Made by a program: the position numbers and the translations under genes. The notes beneath the pieces were generated by a model. It was given only the letters and a program-made list of their open reading frames with translations, did not search any database and was not told the origin of the DNA. Of a stretch of DNA of 64,000 nt, positions 1 through 13,300 are shown piece by piece. Source of the stretch: Antedon mediterranea (Eukaryota > Animalia > Echinodermata); NCBI RefSeq assembly GCF_964355755.1, contig NC_092676.1:17378871-17442870 (forward strand), given 5' to 3'. The first letter of the stretch is position 1, and each line of letters starts with the position of its first letter.

Positions 1-1391
1 AATAATCATATTACTGTTAGTGCTCCCGCATTTTAAAAATCCTGGATCTACAGTACCCCTGCCAGAGATACATTTTATTTTTACCAAAATAAAACGCGAC
101 CAATACATAATCGTAAAACACACTGAATAAAAATGGCCAATATGGCAATGGCAATACAGACATTAGTCTCTGAATATGGAAGACATACGTAGTATTCATC
201 ATTTAGTTTCTAGGCAAAGTTTCTCAAAGAATGTACGGTGCTACTGCACATTCGCACCAAAATCTCTTGAGCTTCTCCAATTTAAAAACATTCACCCGCT
301 GATGCCCAGTCTTGGTTGCAAAACTGCAGTAGCGCCACAATACACTTAACCCAAAATGTTCTTAATATGCTGAGTAAATTCTATTAAAATATGAACACGA
401 TGGTGGGTGTGCCGGCATCACCCTTGTACTCAATAAAGATGGTGAGTAATTATGACGATAATAGTGCTCCATAACTTTATTATTAGGGAATGAAACCAGC
501 AACTCCAAAAAAAAATAATAATAACATAGGCTAGCCTAAAAAAACATTCTTATACAGTAGGCCTAGGCCCACTATTTGTTTCCATTTTAATATGAAACAG
601 AATTATGAAAATAAGGCAGCTTCTACAACAAAATGCTATGACGATGCTGCACAACACAGGCGCTGCCAAAAAAGTATAGATGGGGCCCGGGAGAAAGAGA
701 CATTAGGCCTAGATAGGCCCACTACTATACTACTACTACTAGGCCTAGCACTTCTACTAGCTAGGCTGCAACACAACCATTTTCAACTGCACAGAACAAA
801 CAATACTTGCCTATTTTACTTGTTGTATCGTATAGTACAGAACTTTGGGCGAACTTTGTTTTACTAAAACTATAATAATGGACCTAATATTCAATTACAA
901 TATCTACTGTATTTAAAGTTGATTCTGAAGACAACAAAAAGTCTCCCTGTTTTTGTCGCGCACACAAACACGTTAAATAGGTTAGCAGGATGGTCGGTAT
1001 AGCTATGGGGATTCCCCTAAAAATCAATCCTCTCACGTGATTAGCGATGCGAATAATCATGGAGGAATTTCCTCCATGGAATAATTAATCACATCTCCAA
1101 TTATACTGTATGAATACGAAAATTATTATTAATATTACGGATTCGTGGCGCGGAATAGAGCAACAAAAGAAAACCAGTATGGTTTCGCTTATTTATACAA
1201 ACAAAAATTATACAAAATGCTGAGGATTTTTTCTCGTTGATTGAATTTAGAACATGCAGAACGCAGCAAAGGCGTTCCATAAAAATACATATTGTGAGTC
1301 GCTGGCGGCGTCTGCCAACTGGCGGTGGTCGTCATGGCGAAGTTGTAAACAACACAATTTTAAATGAAAAGTAAACCTGTAAAAAACAGAA

Positions 1392-4300
1392 ATGACTGAT
1401 TTTGATAATCTGTGCGACCAACTTAAAAAGGTAGATACAAAATTGTTTTAACGGGTAGTTTATTTTTTGTGATTAGCCTAGGCCCTATATACAGCTAGGA
1501 GGCTAGCCTACCTAGTGAGACGCCTAGTAGGCCTAGGCCTAGCTAGGCTAGGCCTACGCCTACTAGCCTAGTAGTCTAGGAGGGCGGCCTAGCCTAGGCC
1601 AGGCCTAGTAGGCCTAGCCTAGTAGTAGCTAGCCTGGATCAGGTGCCGTTTTCGGCCACCTCGACTTATATGGACTATACCATTATTATGATAGGGGTGT
1701 GGTGTATTATGTTTTATGTAGAGAAGGGTGTCTATTGAATGGGAAGACAATACAATTGTTCTGTTATGTAACCTACAGTACAAACTACAAGGAACAATAC
1801 AGAACATCAAAAACTAGCAATGCATGTACTTTTTATAAGGCATGTTATTATTAGGTACTGTGTTATTATAGGGAATGCCAAGATTTTGTAACAATTACTA
1901 TATCAACTAAAGATATTTTAAATAAAACAAATTTTATAGACAAATTTAATGAAGAACCATCTACTAACTGGATAAAGCCATTTAGGAAAAATAATAAACA
2001 AGTTGATCATAACGAGTGGTTTTCAAAGGCCCAAAGCAAAACAAAATTCCATCCAAAACAACGTTAACAGAATATACCATGTATAAAGGAACCAAACCTT
2101 GAACAATATTTGTTAGATAAAACTAATTTTAAGAGTATCAATTTAAAATTTAAAGAAAGATCAAAATTAACTCTAGATCTTGAGGACACAGGATTATGTA
2201 AGATGTGTACAGTACTAACAAAAAAGAAACAGTAAACCATTTTTTATTTAAATGTCCTTCATTAAACTCTGTTAGACAATAATTAAGTATGTACGATTAA
2301 AATTATCCCGGTGACTGGGATAATTTTAATTGTGGACCTCAGGAATTAAAACACCACTTTATGCTAGACAAAATTTATTCACTGAAAATGAAACATTAGG
2401 AAAAATCTTAATATAGTAAACAAGCTACAGACATCTCTATGAGGATGTATCTGTAAGTTTTATTTATTTCTTAGGCCTATCCTGTATTTTTGTTGTTCTG
2501 TTTTTATTTTTGTAGTTATATATATTGTACAATTTCCGTATTATGTATTTTCATACAGATCTAATTAATTAATTAGTTTACATTTTGTTTTGATGTTATG
2601 TATTAGTATTTAGAACTTTGTGGCTTATGTTATTTGTAATTTTGTCTGTATGCCTAATTGGATGCACCATTAACTGATAAATGTGTGTGACACCGATATA
2701 AAGGTGATTCCTATGAATAAATAAATAAAAACTATATAAGTAGGTATACTTACTTATTATATATAAAAACTAAACTAAACACTACAGTATAATAAAAAAT
2801 TAAAGCATATTAAATACTAGGCCTATGTTATTCCTATCTGGATTTAAACACTTTAAATTTTAGTACAATCGGATTCGAAATTAGAAAATCTTAAATACTA
2901 CAATACAATCGGAATTAAAACATCCTAAATACTACAGTACAATCGATATTAAACTATCCTAAATACTACATTACAATCGGTTAAATTACCTAAACTCTAT
3001 AATGTTGTGAAATATGTAAAAGAATGTTGGCAAATGCATTCTAATCGGCCCAATCCTATCGGTAGATAAATCATATTTTTTATTTTCTTGAACTAAACAT
3101 AAATAAAACGAAAGAAATAAGGATTGATTTTCGAAAACATAATTGGTCTGACAGTATACATTAATTAAAGTAAAGGAAGTAGAGATTGTTAACAATTATA
3201 AGTATCTGGCAGTAGTGTTTGACTAAAGCTAAATGGGTGGACATGATGGTAGTTAAGAAGTTAATTACAAGGCTGTACTGCTTGAGGAAACTCGGTTCTT
3301 TGGGGTAAAGCAGGATATTTGTACTATAGAATGTTTATGTTTTACTAATCAGTGATGTTCTATTTGGGCATATTGTATACTGGGCTGGGAATATCAGTAA
3401 GGAAATGTAAGGGGATAAAGACCGAATTGAGAAGGTGCTGGGTAGAGCGGGGAAAGTAATTGGTTTGTCTAGTATGCAAATGCTTGACTCGTTCTACAGC
3501 TAACGGCTTGCCGATGTATTCCATGCTATATTGGAAGACACCAATCAATCCACTTCATGGCGACATTATCAGCTCCGTTTTGCATTCGCTATTATAACGT
3601 TTTGATGCAAACGTTGTTCAATTAGAACATGTATTTCTACACAGAAACGTTTAAAAACGTGTTTAAAACATTTTAGAAAGACCAAACCTAAAAACATGCA
3701 ATGTCAAACGCTGTGTTTTCTGGGAACAAAATGGTACAGATTCATTGACAAAATTATAATGTTTATTTGTTTTACTGATTACCTAATAATCAGTATGTGA
3801 TAAATATACTACTGTCATCTTTATTAAATGTACTACTGAGTTATCGTTAGGTAAATTATATTTTTTATTTGTAACTGGAATAAAAACTTTCTTTATAAAT
3901 TATATAGGCCTACTTTCTGTATCTATAAATCTGTAAAAATTATATAGAAATAAAGAGCCATAATATACTGCATTAACTTGAAAACTGAAATTAATTCTAC
4001 AGCATGCAGGGCGTAGTTGTTTTCCCTTTGTTGCTGAAACAACAAGAAAAACAAAAGAACAAAAGCAAAAGTATTTTAACACACTCAATTAATAAATGGG
4101 ACACCCCTATTTTCCCATCTTTTTATAATGGTATAGTCCATACAAGTCGAGGTGGCCGAGAACGGCACCTGATCCGCTAGCCTAGCTAGCTAGGCCTAGG
4201 TTGTTAATTAGTAGTTAGGTAGGTACAGTTTAGTTTAGGCCAAGTTGAGCCGTCGCCAGAAAAACGTTATTTTCTATGAAACACCAAATGCGCACTATCG

Positions 4301-7300
4301 GCGGTGCTCGTTTTTTTTCTATTATAATTTACGAATTTGGCCTAGCCTAGGCCTAGGCCTAGGCTAGGAATCGGATATTATAGAATAAACTCCAGGCCCT
4401 CTAGGCTAGGCTATATTGAAAACTAAGGGGCTTTATTTTTTATTTTGATTTATATTATAAATTGAGCCTGTTTTTTATTACCATTATTTATTATTAGGCC
4501 TGTCACACCAAAATCAGTCCGGGCCAAAATCGGTCCGGCGGACCAGTTTTGGCTGCCAAAATCAGTCCGGGGGACCATTTATGGCTGCCAAAACCTGTCC
4601 GGCCGGACCAATTTTGGCCGCCAAAACTGGTCCGGCCAGGATAAAATCGGTCCGGGTAGTAGGACTGTTTTTGGCCGCCAAATATGGTCCGGTCTTACAA
4701 ATATATGGTGCGCAAAATGAGTCATAATGTATATATCATTTAAAAAAAGGCCATGATTAGTCATTATATTGAAAACTACGGTTTTATTTGTTATTTTAAT
4801 ATTATAAATTAAGCCTGTTTTTTTTATTATCATTATTAGTAGTAACTCATCAATAATTAGTACTAATTGTTAGGCTTTTTGTATACAATATGTATCTCTG
4901 CCTGTTTTTAATCTATTTTGTTCTTTTTTAACATCTTCGTTTCCCCATGATGTTAAAAACAATTTAATTATTAAATATTATTATTATTAACTATTTATGG
5001 TTAATCAATCACTATATAAATTCAATACAATTATTATAAAACAATTATCCAATATTGATTAGGCTGAGGAAGGAAAAAGGCCTCAGTCATAAATTAAATC
5101 TAGCTGGCAATATCAGCGTCTCATACCCGTTCATGTGAGTGTGTGGCAGGCCGAAATATGAGTGAAGACCTAAGTCATGTTTGTAGATAAAATACATTTA
5201 TTTATAGTATTTATCCGACAAGATAACTTACTAATATATATCATGGGATATTTTTCTAGCCATAAACAACTTAAAACAGCATCATAGGCCAAGTAATTCA
5301 ATTAAAATCGACAGAAGAAAAGCCCGGACCGATTTAGGCAGTGGCGGACTGCTTTTGGCCACAATTTTAGAGCCAAAACTGGTCCGGCCGGACCGATTTT
5401 GGCCCCGGACCATATTTATCGTGACAGGCCTACTACTAGCCTAGCTAGGCCTACTAGCCTAGCTAGATAGGCCTAGCTAGGCCTAGGTAGGCCTAATTGT
5501 TAAATTACTATGGTAAATAAACTACTAAATAGGCTTTGTGTACAATAATATGTCTCTGTCTCTTTTTCATCCATAACATCTTCCTTTCCCCATAATGAAA
5601 TTAAAAAACTTAATTTATTACTCAGATTTATGGTAACTAATCAATTTACAATACATTAATTATAAAACAATTACAGCTTACCAATATTGATTAGGCCAAG
5701 GAAGAAAAAGGCTTCTAATCGACATGAAGCATGATTAAGTTACCGTAGCTAGAAATTTAAAAATGTGAATATTTTATTATGTACAGTACTAGGCCTATTT
5801 ATAATAAAAATCTACATCATTTTTTTTATTCAGTTGTAAAATGTTCCCATTAAACCTTGGATTTGATTTTAATTGCAATGCCAACATGAAGAACCGAGAT
5901 AAAACAACCAAAAAATACCTAGCTAGCCTTTACTAGAGGCCTACAGTAACTACCTGTCTATGTAAAATAGATGAAGTAGTTGCTGAAGAAAAGATATTTA
6001 ATTTAAACACACAAAACTGGAACTGTTCGATACAATTAAATTATCTGAAGGATGTTTATAAACTTATCTGTATATAAGCAAAGATCTTATATACTAAAGA
6101 TGTGACACTTCCCGCGTTTACGCGTAACACTTTAGAAGCGTCAAATTATAGTGCGCCACCTCGCTTAAACGAGTAACGAACTTTTGCGTGACGATCGCAG
6201 TAGTATTCTTAAGAAAATGGGATTGAGGAGTCGCGCCAAAGTTTGTATGGTTAAGAAACAATGAATGAAAAGAGAAAAAGTGGAGGGATACTGTATACTG
6301 TGCTGCAATTAATTGTAAAAGCAATTCAAAGGCCAACCCAGAACTTAAGTTTTACAATTTTCCCAAAGACAAGAACAGGTAAATTTATGTAATTAAATAA
6401 GTAGCCTACATCTTAACATAGGCCTATGCTATGTAGGGACTAACCTTACTTTACTGTGTATTCAATTTATACATATATTAATAAACTAGGCTAGGTAGGC
6501 CTATTATTAATAATTATTATTTAAACGTAGGTATGAAATGATTATTATTATCATTATTAGGCTACTACTAGTACATTAATTATATAACAGTGAACTTACA
6601 CTAATTTCTTCACTGTTCCCTGGTTATATTACTTTATCCTTTAAAATTTAGTACCTTAATTTAAACAACTTTTAAAACTTTCAATTCAAGAAACATTTGT
6701 TGACCAAATATTATATCATTACAATTGTTGGCATATAAGTAAAAAATTTGTCGAAAGACTACAAGAAGCCCAATTGGCATGTCGCTGTAGTCCCTCTTTT
6801 TACATTATACAAATAATAATAATAATAATACTTAATATAAACAAATTGTGATCTTAATTATTTCATGCTTTCCGTCTCATGGTTAATATTTGCTTTCTGT
6901 CTCATGGTTATTTTATTTCGTTTAATTTAACTAGCCGTTACATACATTACAGTATATTAACGCATGAAATAATTATTATTATCATTATTAGGCTAGGACA
7001 TTAGTTATAATAACAGTGAAATTACACTATTTTTATTGTTCCCTGGTTATATTACTTATCCGTTGAGTAGCCCTAACAAACAATTTTTAATTGAATCTTA
7101 TACTTAATATTTATGAAATTCAACCGTTAGTTAGTTAGTGGTTTTAGGTTAGGCTTAAGTATTTGACTTTAGGCCCTAACCAATTTGAAAATCAATTAGC
7201 ATGCACGCAGACGTCCTATAATTACGTAAACGTTAATTATGATAAAGCAAAAACTCACCAGACAATTATTAATTTACAGGTGTGCAAAATGGGCCCAGAA

Positions 7301-10300
7301 CACACGACGCGCGGATTTGAGAAGGAAACCAAGTTCCTATTTACATCGTAATTGCCGCTTGTGCAATATTCATTTCGAAGAATCTCAAATACTGATGGTC
7401 ACAAGAAGACTTGTATGGAATGCAGTCCCTACAATATTTGATGTCCCAAATCCACCACACCAAGTAACAGTGTGGCGTAAATTACCCACAAGACACTCGG
7501 AGGCAACACCAACTCCAGAAAACAATGTTCGAACGTTACAGACTGTTCACAGTGAAACAAGTAAGTGAATATAGTACTAGTGTACTAATAAAATACATTA
7601 CAATAATTAGATTGTGAAAGTTTTTATTTTCTTCCTGATACAAACATATTGTTCATTAATGTTCTCTTTTTATACTTACCGTATTTGGCCTGTCAAAAAA
7701 AGTTATGTTGGCATTTAATATTTCGTTGTGTGACGTGGTACTTATTCTTAATTGTTGTTTTTGTGTAGGGGCTCCCCGTCATCATTCTGATCATAACTAT
7801 GCTATGACGTCTACCGTGACTCCTTCAACACAAGACAGGACTGAAGATGAGTGCCAAGTTCCAAGTAAGCATTATATACCCTATACACAAAATGTTATTT
7901 ATTAAAGTCTAGATTGACTGATTGGATAACTGACTGACTGATTCCATTATTATCATTCTCAATCACAGATGCATGTGTTCCCTTTTTATTTCCAGATATA
8001 CCGATACCCTTAAATGAGACGCCGGCTAGACAATCATGTCCGTCAACTTCAAGACATGCCAGTACTTTGAAATATCGAGTGAGGGTATGCCGACTTAAAG
8101 CAAAAATGAAGAAGATACAGTCTACCATCATTGAACTAGCAGGTGGTGATCAAATCGAAAGTATAGTTCAGAAAGCTAAAACCTACATGAGTACTAATGC
8201 CTTAGATTTCTTTGCCGGTCAACTACGAATTGGCAAGAAGAAACCAAAGGGCCATCGTTATACAGTGAAAGACCGCTTGTTTTCAATTGCGTTACATTTC
8301 CAAGGTCCCAGGGCTTACAGGTTTTGTAGAAAGATGTTTGTCCTTCCACACCCAAGATCACTGAAAAGGTGGCTACAACGAGTCGAAGTGAAACCAGGAT
8401 TTAATGATGCCACTTTTTCATCATTAAAAATTAGATGTGCAACATTCAACGAACGTGAACGTGTGGTGGCCGTGTCCCTTGATGAAATGTCCCTGAAAGC
8501 TGCCATCAAATACAATCGTTATAAAGATTGCATGGAAGGGTTAGAAGACTATGGGAGCATTGGCACAACAAAGAAGGTTGCTACACAGGCGCTAATGTTC
8601 ATGGTTAGGAGTATGACATCTAGATGGAAGCAGTTTACGTACGTAAACCTACGCATATTCTATGCTGTTAAATTCTTCAACAGAGACATAATCAGTGATA
8701 AGACGAAGAGTAAAAAATTAATTAAAGTATCACATTTATGAGGTATGGTAAAGTTGTAGGAGGTCTGTACGCGCCCCGGTCTGTGCATTATCGGCTAGAA
8801 ATGATGATCATTACGACGGTCTGGTATGATGATTGAATAATTGTAAATATGATGATTTTATTTCAATGTTTCTACATTTTTTATATTTCCTCTGGGTGGC
8901 CCGTGCATCATTTTGCAATAGTTATTGAGTTAATTTTAAACTGAGACTACTATAACATAACTAATTGCTATCTCAGGTTTTAAATAAATTATAATAACAA
9001 ATGAATGTCATGGCGAATGATGGGTACATAATGCAGTAGTCCTAGTATGAATTGTCTCAGAATTGACTATCATAATCTGTTTCATGTCATGACTGTAGGC
9101 TTAAAAAATTACTGCAATAAAATAGTCGAAGTAGTGATTTTAAAAAGTGACTTCTTGTTCTTTTTTAATTGTTTATAACACACTATTTGACTAATATATT
9201 TTCCTAATATGCACTGTTTTGCTGCTGGATGAAAAGTAGTATATAAGATCTTTGGAATAAACCAAAGATCATATACTATTATTGTGATGAAAAAAATGAG
9301 TATTCAGTTACAATACAGTAGACATATCTGATCCATAAATCTACTCGTTTGAGCGAGAGGGCGCCCTATAAAATGAGCTCCATGTGTGTTACATGAATTG
9401 CACGTAAAATTCCGAGAGTGTCCTATCTTTAGATTATAAGATCTTTGATATAAATTGTTAAAATATATGAGGGCATTTATCTGGCCTGGTTTTAGTAGGA
9501 CCCGGTAGAGGTCAACTGAAAAGGCTTTAATTCGTGTCATGGCAGAGTGTCGTCTTATTTATTCTGTGTAATAATGTTCAATGTTGAAAGTCAAATGAAT
9601 TGAATATTGGCCTTTGGAGTCCAATATTTCCTCAATATTATAGGATACGAGTGTTCCAAAATTAAGAAGTGGTTTATGTACTGTTGTACTGTAGCAATAG
9701 GTGATACCTTCAAATTTAGGGATGCGCAATATTATATTATTATTTATAATTTAAGTTTTTCTTTCTTAATTAGGCAGATATGCCATATAGAAAGCAACGG
9801 TTGATTGTAGGATACAAAGGCTATTTTCATGCTAGTGAGGTAAATATTTCATTTTTTTTTTTAACTTATTTGTTGTAGCCTAGCTAGGGCTTAAATAAAA
9901 AGGCCTACTCAGACTGTACAATGTTTTGTTATACATTTTTAGTATCACAAACGAAACCAGTTGACAGACTGCTATTCTTTAATAATTATTTTAATGGATT
10001 ATTCATTGTGCCGATTTTTCAATAACAATGTTTTTTTTTAGGCTGGAAAGTTAATAAGTCTGGTTGAAGACTGCACTACAAAGGCCTTATGTCTAAATCA
10101 TATTGTGAGGGTAGGCAATTTTTTTTTTATAAAAACACATTCATTAAAATTGCAAATTAGCAAACAGTGTTTGTATTTCAGTATTAAATTTTTAGGTGAA
10201 AATCTATGAAATATTAACACACCTGCGTGTATCTTCCATTTGATAGGTTCATTTTGTATCGTTTACCATGCATTATTAGTTCTATTAAACGGTAAAAGTG

Positions 10301-13300
10301 ATATTCAATGGTGATATTTAAAATTGTTCGACTATTCTACAATGACTAAAGATAGAAGCTGCGGAATAAATGAATACAAGTTTATTTGTGTATTATATAG
10401 TATACAAATACTGAATTTTTATGAGTGGTAAAAATAATCTCATTACTTGAAAAATTGACTGCTCTATCTTTAATTAGTCGGAGCTGAAATATTCTTTGCA
10501 TTCAACAAATACAAAATATTCATTATTTGTTTTATAACAAACCTACTTAATTCAATTTATCCATCGTAGATCATTGACGAATGTTAGGCCATTAAAAAAG
10601 TCAGTGCTCCAAGTTTGGACTCGGATCAGTCATCCTTTCAATGCAAAAATTCTCAAATGTTTAGAAGAAACATACATTAGAGCTCGTTAATTATCACCAT
10701 TAGATATCACATGATGTGTAGTTAACCAATTAAATTGCAAGAATACAAAAATGTTTTGTATTTGTTTGCCGCTTGTTATATATCGGTGTCTTTAAAATTA
10801 TTCAATATTCTTTCCATTCAACTCATAAATGTAATATTCTTCTCTTCCTCTCGTCGTTCTACTCTATCTGAGTACTCGTTACTATTCTGATGGTGTCTTC
10901 ATTCTTGCCGATCTTGAGCTTGAGATTATTGGTCAGTTTGCAGCACCACTTATACCATCAATCCATTTGAGTCTCTCGCCCGTATCCTTAAACCGGACTT
11001 TAGTCGTAGTTCGAGCTAAAACTTTAAAAATGACGTCATTTTAATTCATAAATCGAACTTCAACTAAATCGGCGACTAATTCAGGCCAACCTCGACTAGA
11101 TCGAGACAGATTTTGATCGATTTTGTTTGTCCTGCGGGGGGGCAGGCTAAATGGTCGACTAAATGGTTTTTAAACGATGTTTATGAAAAATGTTGTCTTG
11201 TTCTAATAATTAACCATTAAAATTATTTTTCATGTATATATGCGTAAAAAGTGTTGTAAGAAAATGAAAAGGGATATCAATGCGCAAAATTTCGTCTGCT
11301 CCTCAAATACTTTCTTGCCAATGTATAGCCTTTGTTACACAGACGTGTGCAACTCGACTAAAAGCTCGACTTCATTAAGTCGAACTGCAAACTTCGACTA
11401 CTTCGTTTTTTAATCGAATTTGAAGTAATAGCTCGAACTACGACTTTCTCAAGTCGAACTTCGAACTACAACTAAAGTCCGGTTTAAGAATACGGGCGTC
11501 TGTCTTCCTCTTTCTTTTTTTTTCAAACATAATCATTTTCTCCATACTGTCTCCATCCCGTCTGGCAATATGTCCAAAGTATTGTAGTTTTTGTTTGTGT
11601 TTGATATTGATAATAGATTCGATTAATGTGCCTTTCTTGCCTATTTCGTGCCTTACACTTTCATTGATTCTTCTGGCAGTCCATGGAATACCTAGAAGCT
11701 TTCTCCAGCACCACATCTCAAAAGCTTCAATTCGTTTTTGATCTGCAGCATTAATTACCCATGTTTCACATGCGTACGTTGCAATTGGAAAAACTAGAGC
11801 TCCGATTAATCTAATTTTTATTGCTTTGCTGATGCTTCTGTCTTTCCATAATTTGTGCATTAAACACATTGATGATTTTGCCATTGCCATTGCCAGACAA
11901 CGTTTGATCTCAAATACTTCTTGTTTGTTTTATATAGAGACTGCCTGCATGTACTTGCAGTGAAGCAGTTGATGTGATCAAGGCATTTAGAACGAATAGG
12001 GATCGTGTTGATGCCTTGCAAACAATATCAAAGTTAGTAAGATTTAATAAAATTCAGTCAAAAATGCTATGTATTTCATATATTGTTATGGTCAACTCAA
12101 CGAAGTAAGCAAGTAACCAAAGTATTAAGAATAATATTAATAATATTCGTTCTTATGTAGCACTTGCGCCTAGCACTGCACTCTATTACCCCAGTAATTT
12201 CTGCAGCTAGCTAGTAACAGGGAAAAATTTCATTTAAAAATTTTGTTTAGCAATAAGGTTGTTTTGTATAGCTTTTTGCTATGCTACACTGGCGAAAATG
12301 TTCCCCGAGTCAGCGCAAAGCTGTCTACACTATCAAAGTTTATTTGACAAAAAAATGTGATGTGCTCATATATTGACATTATATCATATCACTACCATAT
12401 TTGGGCACATCACACTTTTTGTCACATAAACTTTGATAGTGTAGACAGAGCTTAACATTAAAAAGCAATTTGATTAGTATGAGATAGTTTGGCAATGCAA
12501 TAAAATACATCATATCTACCATATTTTTTAATTCAGACGTATTTGTGATCCATCAAATTATGAGGACTTAAAACCTGCTTTCCCTTTTAAAGAAGAAATG
12601 GAAACAGCTCGTCAAATGATGACCAGGGTAAGAATGTACTTGTTTTTGTGGTAGTGATATGATGTCATATGTCCATATATGGGCACATCAGTTGTTTTTT
12701 GTCACATATAGTTTGATAGTGTAGACAGAGCTTTAAATTAAAAAGTCATCAAAAGGCCTCTACCAATTGTAATTCACTGCCACAAACGAGATAACTTTCT
12801 GTTAATATTAGGGTTGGTAATAAAGTCATCATCATTATCTTGGTGTGCTTCCCATTTGTGCTTTACCAGTTGTTAAATCTGCTATTCATGGCTAATTCCA
12901 GACAATCAGTATTATCCTAAAGGGTGATGTACTCAAATATGATAGTGATATGATTATGTCTATATATGGACACATCACACTTTTTCTGTCAAACTAGTTT
13001 GATAGTGTAGACAGAGCTTAATATAAAGATAAGTTAGAAATACAGATTGCTAGATAAATTTTCATATTTAACAAGTTGCTTGCTATGACGTATATTGCAG
13101 AAGGCAAGGGTCTTTAAATTAAGTTTTTTGTGCTTGATTTCAGATGGCAGACCATTTTGTTCAACCAACATATGGAAGTCTACAAACATCATCAAGGCCT
13201 CAATCTGCTCGTTCAGTTTACTATAAGGTACAGTATCATAGATGACTTTTGTAATAAGATATGTTGACTGAAGAAGAGATTGTAACTTTGAGGCTAGTCT

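Larger units (their letters stand above)
1636..4175. mobile_element. Non-autonomous TIR DNA transposon, GG..CC termini, 8-bp TSD (Merlin-like)
   Basis: ~50-bp TIR ggatcaggtgccgtt(t/c)tcggccacctcgactt(a/g)tatggactataccattat at 1636 and its reverse complement ending at 4175. gctagcct is duplicated at 1628-1635 and 4176-4183. No transposase ORF inside. Superfamily is inferred. Confidence 0.85.

Noticed and set aside
592-867. 91-aa ORF with hydrophobic stretch (and most other 60-120 aa ORFs in the track)
   Set aside because: The Leu run comes from the cta/tag low-complexity tract. Other short ORFs are antisense to exons, inside repeats, or expected by chance.
6265-8741. Domesticated functional THAP9 host gene
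   Set aside because: Frameshift in the THAP exon, catalytic core deleted, TIRs still present.
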